From positions 138,506 to 202,505 of the IMG/VR virus record IMGVR_UViG_3300042691_041259: 64,000 nucleotides of DNA; one strand, written 5' to 3'. A program made the translations under genes and the position numbers. Numbering within the stretch: the first letter of the stretch is position 1; every line of letters begins with the position of its first letter. Source of the stretch: a virus. Lineage: Duplodnaviria; Caudoviricetes. Under the pieces are notes generated by a model. It was given only the letters and a program-made list of their open reading frames with translations. It had not been told where the DNA came from and did no database searches. Below are positions 38,731 to 48,163 of the stretch, piece by piece.

Positions 38731-38755
38731 AAACCCGAGATGAAAATCTCTGGGT
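38724..38755 (-). terminator. Intrinsic terminator
   Basis: ACCC-A-GAGAT/ATCTC-GGGT stem then TTTTTTTG on the minus strand. Confidence 0.7.
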
Positions 38756-38764
38756 CAATAGTTA

Positions 38765-39898
38765 TTAACAATTTGGGTAGCGTCGAACTAACCAATCAAG
38801 GTTTTCTCTTTCATCATAGTCAGAGTACCACCCACCGTTCTTTTTCATTCGAATGAGGTTATCAAAGTACTCCTCGTACATTCTTGCAACTACCTCGAGA
38901 GAGAAGTTATTCATGGCCCATTCACGGCAAGCTTTCGGACTGATTTTATCAATGTTTCGAGTGGCCCAAACAAACTGCTCCATAGTCCTGCATCGATAGC
39001 CAGTGATTCCGTGCAAATTGTTTTCTGCAAAGCACGCCCAATCTGATGTAATTACTGGAGTTCCCGAGAAGAGAGCCTCGATCATTACACCGCCAAAAGG
39101 TTCAGCATAATATGATGGAACATATAAGCCTTTTGCGCCGGCCAACAGTGCTTTTCTCTTTTCAACATCGGCGTAACCTACAAATTCAACATTGTCAGGT
39201 GGCGTTCCAAAAGTTTTTTCATAATCGCCCTGCCCCGCCACTTTCAGTTTTACGCCAGCTTTCTTTGCAGCAGTCACGGCTACTTGTATTCCTTTGGTTT
39301 CCACAATTCTGCCTAAATAGAGGAAGTAGTCTTCCTTTTCTTCGCGGTACTCAAAATCTGTAGGATCGAAATAGTTCGGAATCACCGCGTCAGTCCAAGA
39401 AGGATTCCCCCATTTCATTTTTTCGTAAGCGATATGAAGGACGCTGTATGATTCAAAGATACGATAAGGAGCAAAAAGCCCTGTGTGATAACCAATTCCA
39501 GGTTCTACTGGAATGAGGTCAGAATGCGCCTTTGAGATTTCTTCATGCCCAAATCCCCAAAAGCATAGGAGAAGATCGCCAGGCTGTTTATGCTTGGCGA
39601 TCTCCGCTATGGCATTTTTGTTGAACGTCTGTTGAGCTTTGTCATTAATGTTATGAACAAACTGGTTTCGTTTCCAGTCATATTCACCATAGGTTTCAAT
39701 TAAGATTTGATCATTAGTCACCGGTATGAGAACGTCGCATTCAGCGTCGGAGCGGTCATGGGCATACAGGTAGATCGTGTGCCCACGCTCTTTCATCATC
39801 TTACAGAATTTTACAACCTTTTGCGTATACGCGCAAGAGAGATATTCTTTAGATGTTACCGTGTGTGGTAGAGCAAGTACGTGAAACCTATGTTTCAT
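38765..39898 (-). CDS. GT-B glycosyltransferase (GT4-like)
   Basis: YLGRIVETKG, LYVPSYYAEPFGGVMIEALFSGTPVITSD (E-x7-E). Confidence 0.85.
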   Translation of the reverse strand: MKHRFHVLALPHTVTSKEYLSCAYTQKVVKFCKMMKERGHTIYLYAHDRSDAECDVLIPVTNDQILIETYGEYDWKRNQFVHNINDKAQQTFNKNAIAEIAKHKQPGDLLLCFWGFGHEEISKAHSDLIPVEPGIGYHTGLFAPYRIFESYSVLHIAYEKMKWGNPSWTDAVIPNYFDPTDFEYREEKEDYFLYLGRIVETKGIQVAVTAAKKAGVKLKVAGQGDYEKTFGTPPDNVEFVGYADVEKRKALLAGAKGLYVPSYYAEPFGGVMIEALFSGTPVITSDWACFAENNLHGITGYRCRTMEQFVWATRNIDKISPKACREWAMNNFSLEVVARMYEEYFDNLIRMKKNGGWYSDYDERENLDWLVRRYPNC

Positions 39899-40341
39899 TA
39901 GGCAGCTGGACTTTCAACGTTTTTTGGACGGCGTGGACCACGACGAGTCTTAGAAGCCGTAGCCTTTTCAGTTTTTGTTGTTTCAGAAGAATTTGCTTTC
40001 GGAGCCTTTGGTCCGCGCTTCTTCTTCTCGGTAGAAACTGGTGTGCTAGCTTGTACTTCTACTGTTTTCTCAACTACATTCTCTTTTGGTCTGTAGATGT
40101 AACTCATGTGATAGAAGTCACTGTTTCTCAAATGCAATGGAAATACTTGGTCTCCGATGGTCTTCTTTCCGGTCAGGATTGCCCATGCTGCGCCCAAGCG
40201 CTGTCCGAAGCCCATTTTTGGTGTTTCCATGTCAACTGCCGATACTTCGGTAGTTCCACGTACAGCGTCACGCTTAAACTCAAGCGTGTACGATCTGTTG
40301 GTTGCTTTCATCCCGAAAGCTTTGTTAGGATCAATACTCAT
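39898..40341 (-). CDS. Hypothetical protein with basic low-complexity tail
   Basis: 147 aa; K/R/P-rich C-terminus. Confidence 0.6.
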   Translation of the reverse strand: MSIDPNKAFGMKATNRSYTLEFKRDAVRGTTEVSAVDMETPKMGFGQRLGAAWAILTGKKTIGDQVFPLHLRNSDFYHMSYIYRPKENVVEKTVEVQASTPVSTEKKKRGPKAPKANSSETTKTEKATASKTRRGPRRPKNVESPAA

Positions 40342-40361
40342 GTTGATTGTTTATTGGTTGT

Positions 40362-40628
40362 TTAGAAAAAAATTGTCTTTTTATAGTGCTCGAGAGTATA
40401 CCACATTGCATTTGAAAGATGCGGGTCATTCTCAAATTTTGAGGTTGGTATTGCTACATAAATTTCTCCAAGAGAAGATTTGCCAATTGCTTGCATTCCA
40501 CAGCCTTCACAGAGAACTATTTCATATGTGTCCTCTTTAAGCTCTTTTGATATTGCTGTAACATCAATATCAGGGGTTGCAGCATCGCCAAACATTTTAA
40601 TGGCACAATATGTACAAAAATCAGCCAT
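40362..40628 (-). CDS. Small Cys-motif (possible Zn-binding) protein
   Basis: MADFCTYC...LCEGCG (two CxxC). Start reassigned to 40628. Confidence 0.55.
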   Translation of the reverse strand: MADFCTYCAIKMFGDAATPDIDVTAISKELKEDTYEIVLCEGCGMQAIGKSSLGEIYVAIPTSKFENDPHLSNAMWYTLEHYKKTIFF

Positions 40629-40914
40629 TGTAGTTTGTATAGTTAGGATCTCCTCCAGCGGTTGATGTAGAAACCCAGTATTTACTCGGGCCTTCATCTT
40701 TCTCATCTTCAAAGTGTTCTACCGACAGGAACTCTCCTGAATCCAGAACTCTCTTGTAAGTAACCCACGTACCTACGACTTCCATATAAATGGTGTCATC
40801 GTTTTCATGATAGTGAATCACCTGTCCTGGATCTGGAGAATCAAAGATCGTATCCATTGATGTTTTTAGATTGTCTTTCTTTGTAGAAATAAAGATTTCT
40901 ATTGGTTTTTCCAT
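40621..40914 (-). CDS. Hypothetical protein
   Basis: Start MEKPIEIF at 40914, just downstream of a promoter motif. Confidence 0.6.
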   Translation of the reverse strand: MEKPIEIFISTKKDNLKTSMDTIFDSPDPGQVIHYHENDDTIYMEVVGTWVTYKRVLDSGEFLSVEHFEDEKDEGPSKYWVSTSTAGGDPNYTNYNG

Positions 40915-40919
40915 ATTTG

Positions 40920-40946
40920 TTATATTCAAGGATTTGAAAAAGTTTT
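40920..40946 (-). promoter_or_regulatory. Bipartite promoter-like motif AAAC-N14-GAATATAA
   Basis: Exact spacing of 14 nt. Confidence 0.7.
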
Positions 40947-41181
40947 AAGACTCTTTTTCTACAGGCTGCTCTAGTATCTCTTCCCTCACTTTTTGTATTC
41001 CAGTGTAGAGCATACAACGAGCCTCAATTTCCTCACACATCATCTTTAACGCATAGAATTTTTCCAGCGGCTGCAGAGTTTTAAGATCATCTCCAAGCAT
41101 AATTGCTAGCTCGGTCATTGCTGTGTTGAGTTCATCCGTGTACTCAACTTCAAAGTTTTCATTTATGATTATTTTCTTCAT
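40945..41181 (-). CDS. Hypothetical protein
   Basis: 78 aa, helical composition. Confidence 0.6.
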   Translation of the reverse strand: MKKIIINENFEVEYTDELNTAMTELAIMLGDDLKTLQPLEKFYALKMMCEEIEARCMLYTGIQKVREEILEQPVEKES

Positions 41182-41185
41182 ATTC

Positions 41186-41863
41186 TTACCATTCAGGTCC
41201 TTTGTGATCGTCTACATAAGCAATGTTTCGTTTGCTCATGATTTCGTGTATTTCTTCAAAAGAGTATGGACGAAATTCTGGGTGTGTATCAACACCTACG
41301 TCCATAGTCTTTCCATTTGCATGCATTTTTTCGTGGGTTCCACTTGCCAATTGACGAAGTTCATCATACCGCTTTTTATCCAGCAATTCATTAACTATAT
41401 GGCCCGAGATTGATGGCTCTAGAGAACCGTGACTGTGTCCGTGCAACATCCAGGCTCCTTCGTGTGAGCGATTCCAAACCCGAAAGCCATAGTGACTCAT
41501 AACAATCTTCTGACCATTAAAGGTAGCCTCTCGATAAAAAGAACATTCAGTAAAGAGACTTTGAAGTTCTTCACGATTCTTTATGATCCACTCATCATGA
41601 TTTCCGTAAATGAGGTAGATGTTTTGACAATTGATTCTTGAGCGGAACTCGCGGTAGTACATAATGTCTCCAAAGGAGAAGTCTCCCATGTGAAAGAGCA
41701 CATCATTTACTCCTACCGTCTTATTGATGCCATCTACAATGGCAGTGTCCATGTCCTGCAAGAGTTCGTAATCTCTGCAGTTTTCTTTATTTTGCCAGGT
41801 TGAGCAGCCTCGGCAGATGTTTTTATGGTGATAATGTGTGTCACTTGTAAAATAAATGTTCAT
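41186..41863 (-). CDS. Calcineurin-like metallophosphoesterase
   Basis: SDTH, GDFS, GNHD and HGHSH motifs. Confidence 0.9.
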   Translation of the reverse strand: MNIYFTSDTHYHHKNICRGCSTWQNKENCRDYELLQDMDTAIVDGINKTVGVNDVLFHMGDFSFGDIMYYREFRSRINCQNIYLIYGNHDEWIIKNREELQSLFTECSFYREATFNGQKIVMSHYGFRVWNRSHEGAWMLHGHSHGSLEPSISGHIVNELLDKKRYDELRQLASGTHEKMHANGKTMDVGVDTHPEFRPYSFEEIHEIMSKRNIAYVDDHKGPEW

Positions 41864-42153
41864 ACTTTTGCTTTTTCGTCAAGCGGGTCTTCAACTCGTT
41901 CCAGTACCCAGCCTTTTCTTTGATGGTGATCAATTACGGCTGGTATGTCTTTTGCAATAAAAATGCTGCGGTCCGATACTTTTTGAGACTTACGATCGAC
42001 AGTGTACTCAAAAATAAACCACGGGTCAAGTGGATCTTCTGTGTAGACGAGTTCCGTCTTGGCCCGTGGCTTTTTCATTCTAAAAATTACTCTTCCAGTG
42101 ACAATAGTCCGTGCTGGATTGTCAGGAAGCGTCCATTGTTTCTTACCCTTCAT
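41860..42153 (-). CDS. Hypothetical protein
   Basis: Start reassigned to MKGKKQW at 42153 to minimise overlap with the 42143 gene. Confidence 0.5.
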   Translation of the reverse strand: MKGKKQWTLPDNPARTIVTGRVIFRMKKPRAKTELVYTEDPLDPWFIFEYTVDRKSQKVSDRSIFIAKDIPAVIDHHQRKGWVLERVEDPLDEKAKV

Positions 42154-42328
42154 TGTCCTTGAGCAATACGTAGGTTTGATAAGGAATTGATACTTTGGCC
42201 TGGTCAGCTCTCTCTTGGTGATAAGTCCAACGGCCTCGAACTGCTTGATTACAGTTTTGGCCATTGCTCTGGAAAAATTTCCACATCACTTCCAAGGCAT
42301 CAATGTCAATGTAGAGTTCGATTCTCAT
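42143..42328 (-). CDS. Small hypothetical protein
   Basis: ATGA coupling to the upstream gene. Pattern resembles the N-terminal 60 aa of 58705..59142. Confidence 0.55.
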   Translation of the reverse strand: MRIELYIDIDALEVMWKFFQSNGQNCNQAVRGRWTYHQERADQAKVSIPYQTYVLLKDNEG

Positions 42329-42783
42329 TCTGCGTCTTCGATAAATTGAGCGTATACTTGACTAGTGTCAGTCTGCAATTTATTGATTGTTTCATTTACC
42401 ATTGTCTCAAACTGGGTGCCTTCCCAAGTGTTTCCAGTCTCTAGAGATGAGCGACGAAATACCGGGAAGATCACGGCTTCATTTTTCATTGGAGAGATTT
42501 CCGTTACCTCAAAAACCGACAAAGCATAACCATGTTTATCTTGGAATGCTTTAGAAATGTAGTCGCCTACTGAAATTGGAACAAGCGCCTGCTTCTCAGA
42601 ATTCTTCTTCATAAAGAGGGCTTTCTTGTGGCTGCTATCACTGTTGTAAACAACAGTAGCTCTGCGTAGGTCAGAAAAGTCTGTTGAACTTTCCCATAAG
42701 CACGGAACACCTGTGCGGGTACGTGCAATCTTAATTGTTTTGGTGGAGACGCCTTCCGCAGAAGGCTTTTGGATGTTTTCCAT
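42325..42783 (-). CDS. Hypothetical protein
   Basis: 152 aa ORF in operon. Confidence 0.65.
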   Translation of the reverse strand: MENIQKPSAEGVSTKTIKIARTRTGVPCLWESSTDFSDLRRATVVYNSDSSHKKALFMKKNSEKQALVPISVGDYISKAFQDKHGYALSVFEVTEISPMKNEAVIFPVFRRSSLETGNTWEGTQFETMVNETINKLQTDTSQVYAQFIEDAE

Positions 42784-42795
42784 AAATTTGGATTG

Positions 42796-43698
42796 TTATT
42801 GAATTAAAAAAATTGTTTGTAATGCATTTTTGCATGCCTGCTGGGTTATTTCCCCGCTCTTAACTATTATATCCATGGTTTCTTTAAACTTCTGTGCATC
42901 CGGAGTATATTCCAAACCATCAGGGTGTATAATGAAAAGCGGTTCTTTCATATAGAAGAAGTGCGGCGGATTTTCTTCGTGATTTTCGGAAAGGATTTTC
43001 TCGGCAAGATCAAAATGACGTTCATAGTAGTGAATGTTATCTGCGCAATGATAGTACTTTCCAAGTTGTAGATCTGGATACGTTTTACGCAAATTATGCC
43101 ACATTGTTTGCATTACCACTGCAAAGAACGGAACATCATAAGTAAAGCCATAAAACAAATCGTTAGAGCGCATTTGAACTTTCATATTCAGCTCGCCATT
43201 TCGGATCCAGAAGTTGAGGTACACGGTACAGACAAAATCTTTATTGCCTTCATACTGAAAGTCGGGATGACTAATAAAGGAAATTGCCTGGCGACTGTTA
43301 ATGTCTTTTACCAAGGATTCATATGCCCAAATCATTTGGTTTCCAAAGAGGCGGCTGCCATAGTTGGAATTGACGGTACCATCAGAATTCTGTAAGCCTT
43401 TCCAAAAGTTGGAAAAGTTATCAATGTAGTCCGTGTGACGCTCGCATGTCATATACCAGGCAAGTTCGCCTGCAAAGTATTTCCAATTAAACTCGCGATT
43501 TTGAAAATCCACAAGAGGAAACGTTGGACTGATTGTAAGCGTTTCCAGAAAAAGCTCACGGACTTTTTGTCCTCGAGGAGCTGATTCCATTCCTTCGGTT
43601 TTACATTTATGGAGAGTTTCTGCGAAAACGTCAGAAGCCGATGAAACCCCGGATTTCTTGAAGTATTTCGTCAAAATCTCTGTATTGGTCTTGATCAT
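42796..43698 (-). CDS. Thymidylate-synthase-fold dCMP hydroxymethylase-like enzyme (T4 gp42-like)
   Basis: KDFVCT catalytic Cys and MRSNDLFYGFTYD, with Asp at the position where dUMP-specific ThyA has Asn; H-x-YERH. Confidence 0.8.
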   Translation of the reverse strand: MIKTNTEILTKYFKKSGVSSASDVFAETLHKCKTEGMESAPRGQKVRELFLETLTISPTFPLVDFQNREFNWKYFAGELAWYMTCERHTDYIDNFSNFWKGLQNSDGTVNSNYGSRLFGNQMIWAYESLVKDINSRQAISFISHPDFQYEGNKDFVCTVYLNFWIRNGELNMKVQMRSNDLFYGFTYDVPFFAVVMQTMWHNLRKTYPDLQLGKYYHCADNIHYYERHFDLAEKILSENHEENPPHFFYMKEPLFIIHPDGLEYTPDAQKFKETMDIIVKSGEITQQACKNALQTIFLIQ

Positions 43699-44188
43699 TT
43701 ACTTTAATTGTGATTTTGTTGATGATTTTACTATTGTCTACAGCACTTTGAAAGGCTTCAATTTCTTCAACTTTCTTTTCAACCTTGTCAGAATATGACA
43801 GCCCATCGTCTTTCTTTACAATAAACTCTGCATCCGCAGTTAAGTGTATGAGGTAGACTTCTCTATCTTTATCCAGCGAATAACTCCGTTCCAATTGAGG
43901 AACCCAAGAGTCGGGATTGCTGTCACGATAGATTTTACCGTACACCAGCTCACCTAAGTGAGCGCGGTTCCAAAACAATACGTGATCTGAAAAATTGGCT
44001 CGAAGAAATATGAAATGAGCAAATTCATTATGAAATGTACTGATTTGCCACTTGGTCTTTTCGTCATTGGTAGTTCCATGTGGAAAAGACCAGTGCCTAA
44101 TGCTGTAATTTCTTAAGCCTTCTGAAAGTTTTTGAATGTAGCTGTCTTTTCCACAGCGATCCATTCCTTCAAAAATGATTAACTTCAT
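43631..44188 (-). CDS. dNMP/thymidylate kinase-like protein
   Basis: IIFEGMDRCGKDS P-loop; NRAHLGELVYG-x-IYR. Confidence 0.8.
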   Translation of the reverse strand: MKLIIFEGMDRCGKDSYIQKLSEGLRNYSIRHWSFPHGTTNDEKTKWQISTFHNEFAHFIFLRANFSDHVLFWNRAHLGELVYGKIYRDSNPDSWVPQLERSYSLDKDREVYLIHLTADAEFIVKKDDGLSYSDKVEKKVEEIEAFQSAVDNSKIINKITIKVNDQDQYRDFDEILQEIRGFIGF

Positions 44189-44205
44189 TAGTTGTTATTT
44201 GTTGA

Positions 44206-44233
44206 TTATATTCAATCAGCTGAAAAAGGTTTT
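44206..44233 (-). promoter_or_regulatory. Bipartite promoter-like motif AAAC-N15-GAATATAA
   Basis: Upstream of the kinase/hydroxymethylase pair. Confidence 0.7.
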
Positions 44234-44910
44234 AACAAAAAGGTTGTCACAAAGGGAAAATGATCTGATAGATCTGAGTGAAAGACCTCTTGTCTTACTG
44301 GTTCAAGACGGCCTCTTCCCATGCAGTAATCAATCCTTCCCATGGGATGAGTCTTTCGTGTTCCAATATCCATGAATTCGCGCATAAGTATTTCCGCCTC
44401 AGAAGAGGTGTCAAACACATTGAGATCACCACCAATGATTGCGTTATCTGGAAGTTCCATTTCATTCAAAGAGTTCCAGGCAGTATCTACGTGTTTTGAT
44501 CCCGCGTGACCTTCATAAGGCATATGTATATTGAACACTGATATTAAATTGGTATCCACATCTACTAATGACTCTTGTACATAGCATTTTTCAGAAAAAA
44601 CATCAGACAGCATGTGGTGTCGAGTTTTGAAAATGGGATACCTTGCATAGGTGGCAAGTCCGTAGGAACCTGTCCATCCAAGAGAACACCTTTTAGTCCA
44701 GCTGCCAAACCATTCATGTCCTAGATGCTGCTTAAATTCTGTGTATTGATCGGCATAACCGCTTCTTTTAGCAAGACGATCAACCTCCTGCAGCAGTATT
44801 ACATCAGCATTAAATCTTGGAAGCTCCTTGATGAATGCTTGAATATCCACTCCGGCTTTGTCTGTTAGTCCATGGCGAATATTCCAGGACAGTACTCGTA
44901 TTTCAGTCAT
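44212..44910 (-). CDS. Endonuclease/exonuclease/phosphatase (EEP) family protein
   Basis: SWNI, LQEVD, GGDLN, IDY and SDHFP motifs. Confidence 0.9.
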   Translation of the reverse strand: MTEIRVLSWNIRHGLTDKAGVDIQAFIKELPRFNADVILLQEVDRLAKRSGYADQYTEFKQHLGHEWFGSWTKRCSLGWTGSYGLATYARYPIFKTRHHMLSDVFSEKCYVQESLVDVDTNLISVFNIHMPYEGHAGSKHVDTAWNSLNEMELPDNAIIGGDLNVFDTSSEAEILMREFMDIGTRKTHPMGRIDYCMGRGRLEPVRQEVFHSDLSDHFPFVTTFLLKPFSAD

Positions 44911-45718
44911 TCAGATATTGTGAGGCCACCCATGAAAAAGAACACCCTTCTGGGTTCTCTTTAATACGCTCTTCCGTCCAGTCCTCAATTTTTTTATGGT
45001 TGACAGATGTATCATAGAGATGTACACTGTAGGTGATTGGCTTGATTAGTTCCGGCAAAAACTTATTGTAGATCTTCTCGGACTCAGTATAGCGATACGG
45101 ATAGAATGCTTCCCATGGAACTATTTTATAGTGCCCTTGTAGGCTTTCCCGAGCTACAAGAGTGCTGTGCATTTTAACACTATGCTCATCCCAGAAAGTA
45201 TCCTTTCCTTTGCTGCGGAACCATGTATATTCTTGGTACCACTCCTGAAGGTACTTGGAATTTGGTGGGCTAATAAGAACTCCGTTTCCGTATTTCCAGT
45301 CTCGGGATCCTAGTTTTCCAACTACAAACTTTTCCTCAGCAAGGAGATCATCAAAAGACTTGATAGTAATAGTATCAAAATCCGAGTAGACTCCGCCTTG
45401 TTCATTAAGTATCTGGATCCGAAATACATCAGAGGCATGTGCTGGATGCACCAATGGGTTTCCAAAAACTTCTGTTGGCGGATCTACTAAGTGAACTTTT
45501 ACGTAGTCTGAGACTCGTTCCCAATACTTACCAGTAGGCTGTTCATTGGTGTAGAAGTTGATTTCGTAATCAGGATTGTGTTTATGAAATGACTTGGCAG
45601 CCAAGAATCTCATCAAATCCCATTCTGCGTTTCGTTTGCTTTTGTCATTGTAAAAGTAGATAAAATGCATCTTCTTATACAATGGGTTAGGTTCTTTTGT
45701 TTCAAAAAGCTTCATCAA
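44903..45718 (-). CDS. DXD glycosyltransferase (GT32/Gly_transf_sug-like)
   Basis: HASDVFRIQILNEQGGVYSDFD signature. Confidence 0.85.
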   Translation of the reverse strand: MMKLFETKEPNPLYKKMHFIYFYNDKSKRNAEWDLMRFLAAKSFHKHNPDYEINFYTNEQPTGKYWERVSDYVKVHLVDPPTEVFGNPLVHPAHASDVFRIQILNEQGGVYSDFDTITIKSFDDLLAEEKFVVGKLGSRDWKYGNGVLISPPNSKYLQEWYQEYTWFRSKGKDTFWDEHSVKMHSTLVARESLQGHYKIVPWEAFYPYRYTESEKIYNKFLPELIKPITYSVHLYDTSVNHKKIEDWTEERIKENPEGCSFSWVASQYLND

Positions 45719-46920
45719 AAGAGTATTTTAGACGTTTGTTTGATCGGAGTATCTATCCGCTGTGCAATGTTGTCCTGTTTGAAGTAATCAACACCGCTGT
45801 CCTGCAAATGTCCAAAAAGCCATTTTATCACTTGCCCAGTCCAATCAGTTGCGGTATTTACCGGAACGTTTTGCGAGATTTGCTGATACCCTTCATGCGC
45901 CAAATTAAAGTTGCCGTCTATTCCCATGAGCCACATAAGTTCTTGTACGTTCATCCATCGGTGTTCGGTTGGATGCGTTGACAATTGTAAAGTTCTGCCT
46001 ACAACCGCGGTAATATCATTTGCATTAATGTGCGGAGTGCTATCCCATACTCTTTTGCGAGTTGCACGTTCTAATAATGCCAAGTATTTCTTGGACTTTG
46101 CATCCTCCCTATTTGCAAGGTAATCCATCGCCTTAGTAATTCTTTCCTGTTCACGGAAAATGTAAATAAGAATAGAACGGTTTCCTTCCAAGGCAGCTTC
46201 ATGTGGAGTTTTCTTTTCTTCCTGCGTAAGCCACTGGTACAGCGGATCTTCGGTCAGTGGATCCTTCATAAAGTACTTGTCGGTATACGGTCCAGCTGGT
46301 GTTCTTTCAATGTATGTTTCCAGCGGTAGCGTAATTCGGTTGCACCACTCCAGGATCGGAGCAGATTCAGCCTTCCAAAAGAAATAAAAAGATCGTACCC
46401 TGTTTTGCGGAATCCCATGCAGCGCTGTGGAAGTCTTGATCATACTGAAAGAATACCCGTGCTTCTTTCCAATTTCATAAAGTTTGTCCGCAACTTTCTT
46501 TCCTAATGCCGTATAGAGTCCAGGCGCGTTTTCACCCCAGAGAACTTTTGGCTTTACATTCTCGAGAACATACTCGGAAGACTTATACATCCATTCGTTT
46601 TGGATTGCATCCGCTCCACGAGCCTTTTCGCTACCTTCCTTTGTTGATGAATTCAATGCAGATAACCCTGCGCATGGACACAGACTTACTACCATGTCTA
46701 CGCCTTCAATTTCCTCATTAAAGGGACGGTCCCAAGCAATTCCGCTGTCTTCTATCAGGCCGTAAGGAATTTCTGGAAAGTTTGCCCGACAGTGACTGTC
46801 ATTGCTTTGGAAAGCATCGTAAGAGAGTATATACTCTGGATCTTTACCGGTCGCCCGTTTGGCTCCCAGGACCATCCCTCCAATGAGAGGTACTATAGCT
46901 GCATATTTAAAAGTTTCCAT
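45715..46920 (-). CDS. DNA cytosine-C5 methyltransferase-like protein (paralogue 2)
   Basis: CPCAGLS (motif IV), GENAPGL (VI), PQNRVRSF (VIII); motif I degenerate (IVPLIGG). Confidence 0.75.
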   Translation of the reverse strand: METFKYAAIVPLIGGMVLGAKRATGKDPEYILSYDAFQSNDSHCRANFPEIPYGLIEDSGIAWDRPFNEEIEGVDMVVSLCPCAGLSALNSSTKEGSEKARGADAIQNEWMYKSSEYVLENVKPKVLWGENAPGLYTALGKKVADKLYEIGKKHGYSFSMIKTSTALHGIPQNRVRSFYFFWKAESAPILEWCNRITLPLETYIERTPAGPYTDKYFMKDPLTEDPLYQWLTQEEKKTPHEAALEGNRSILIYIFREQERITKAMDYLANREDAKSKKYLALLERATRKRVWDSTPHINANDITAVVGRTLQLSTHPTEHRWMNVQELMWLMGIDGNFNLAHEGYQQISQNVPVNTATDWTGQVIKWLFGHLQDSGVDYFKQDNIAQRIDTPIKQTSKILF

Positions 46921-46921
46921 A

Positions 46922-48163
46922 TCAGAATAGACAAGTTGATTTTTCTTTCACATCAGCTTTTGTAGCTGAGAGATTGCTTTGTCGAAAAAACTTCTGACCT
47001 GAGGACGGAAGTTCTCCTTTAATGTATTTTACTACTTCCAAAGTCCAGTCTCGAGCAGTAGCGGTGGGTACATTTTGTGCAATGTGGTTCCACTGGTTTT
47101 TATCCAGGAGTTCAAAGTCATGAGGTAATCCCATAAGGTGCATATACTCGCGAATTGTAATGAACCGCTTTTCTTCGGGATGCGATCCACAGATCATGTT
47201 TTTAGAGATCACTGCATTAAAATGGTCGTTTCCTAATCTTGGAGAAACATCCCAAAAGCCTTTTCCTTCGGCAAGTTTCTTTTTAATGTGGTGTAATGAT
47301 CGAGCATCCACAGATCCAGGCAAAACTTTATCTGTGTACTCAATACATTCGTCCAGCCAGCCGTTCTTTACAATATACCAGTTCATGGTACGGCTGTCCT
47401 CGTCGGCCATCATTTCTTTCCAGGAAACTCCTTTAACCTCTTCCACAAACTTAATGATTGGGAGACCTTCAAGTTTCCAGTTGTTAAAAGTTTCCATTAG
47501 GGAAGCATCCTTTGGAACTTCTGACAGGTATTCACCAAGTTTCTTATGTTCACGATTGTAAGTGTTAAGAACTGGTGCGTACTCACTGTCCCAGAAGAAG
47601 TAGAATGTCCGTGAGCGTTCTTGTGGAATGCCATGGCGGATTGTAGAAGTTTTCATCAAACTCATACTGTAACCATTTTCTTGTGCAATCTCAAAAAGCT
47701 TGTCCACCACACCTTTACCAACTTCTCCATAGAGCCCTGGAGCGTTTTCTCCAAAAAATACTCTGGGTTTAAGAGTTCCCAAAACAAATCGAGCAGAACG
47801 ATACATCCACTCATTCTGTGCAGCGTCGGCTCCTCGCGATTTGCTGGTACCACCCTTTGAGTAATTAAGCATTGAAAGACCTGCACACGGACAAGTGGTA
47901 CTTACAAAGTCCAATCGATCCTCGGTCACCACCGGCAGGCCGCCGTCCTCATCAAGATTGATGTACGGAACATCTGGCCAATATGCCCTTAGGTGTTTTT
48001 CATTTTCCTGGAACCCATTGTAAGTGTACAAGGCAATTGGCTTATTACCAGTTGCCATTGAGTTTCCAATAGTAAACCCGCCAATGAGTGGCACTATTGA
48101 AGCATAACGGACTTCTCGTCCATCAATTAGAGCTCCAGCGCTTTCGTTATCGTTTCCTTCCAT
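46922..48163 (-). CDS. DNA cytosine-C5 methyltransferase-like protein (paralogue 1)
   Basis: IVPLIGG, CPCAGLS, GENAPGL and PQERSRTF; clearly paralogous to the adjacent gene. Confidence 0.75.
   Translation of the reverse strand: MEGNDNESAGALIDGREVRYASIVPLIGGFTIGNSMATGNKPIALYTYNGFQENEKHLRAYWPDVPYINLDEDGGLPVVTEDRLDFVSTTCPCAGLSMLNYSKGGTSKSRGADAAQNEWMYRSARFVLGTLKPRVFFGENAPGLYGEVGKGVVDKLFEIAQENGYSMSLMKTSTIRHGIPQERSRTFYFFWDSEYAPVLNTYNREHKKLGEYLSEVPKDASLMETFNNWKLEGLPIIKFVEEVKGVSWKEMMADEDSRTMNWYIVKNGWLDECIEYTDKVLPGSVDARSLHHIKKKLAEGKGFWDVSPRLGNDHFNAVISKNMICGSHPEEKRFITIREYMHLMGLPHDFELLDKNQWNHIAQNVPTATARDWTLEVVKYIKGELPSSGQKFFRQSNLSATKADVKEKSTCLF

Noticed and set aside
42796-43698. Annotation as ordinary thymidylate synthase ThyA
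   Set aside because: Lacks the PCH motif and has Asp at the Asn177 position; context is a DNA-modification cluster.
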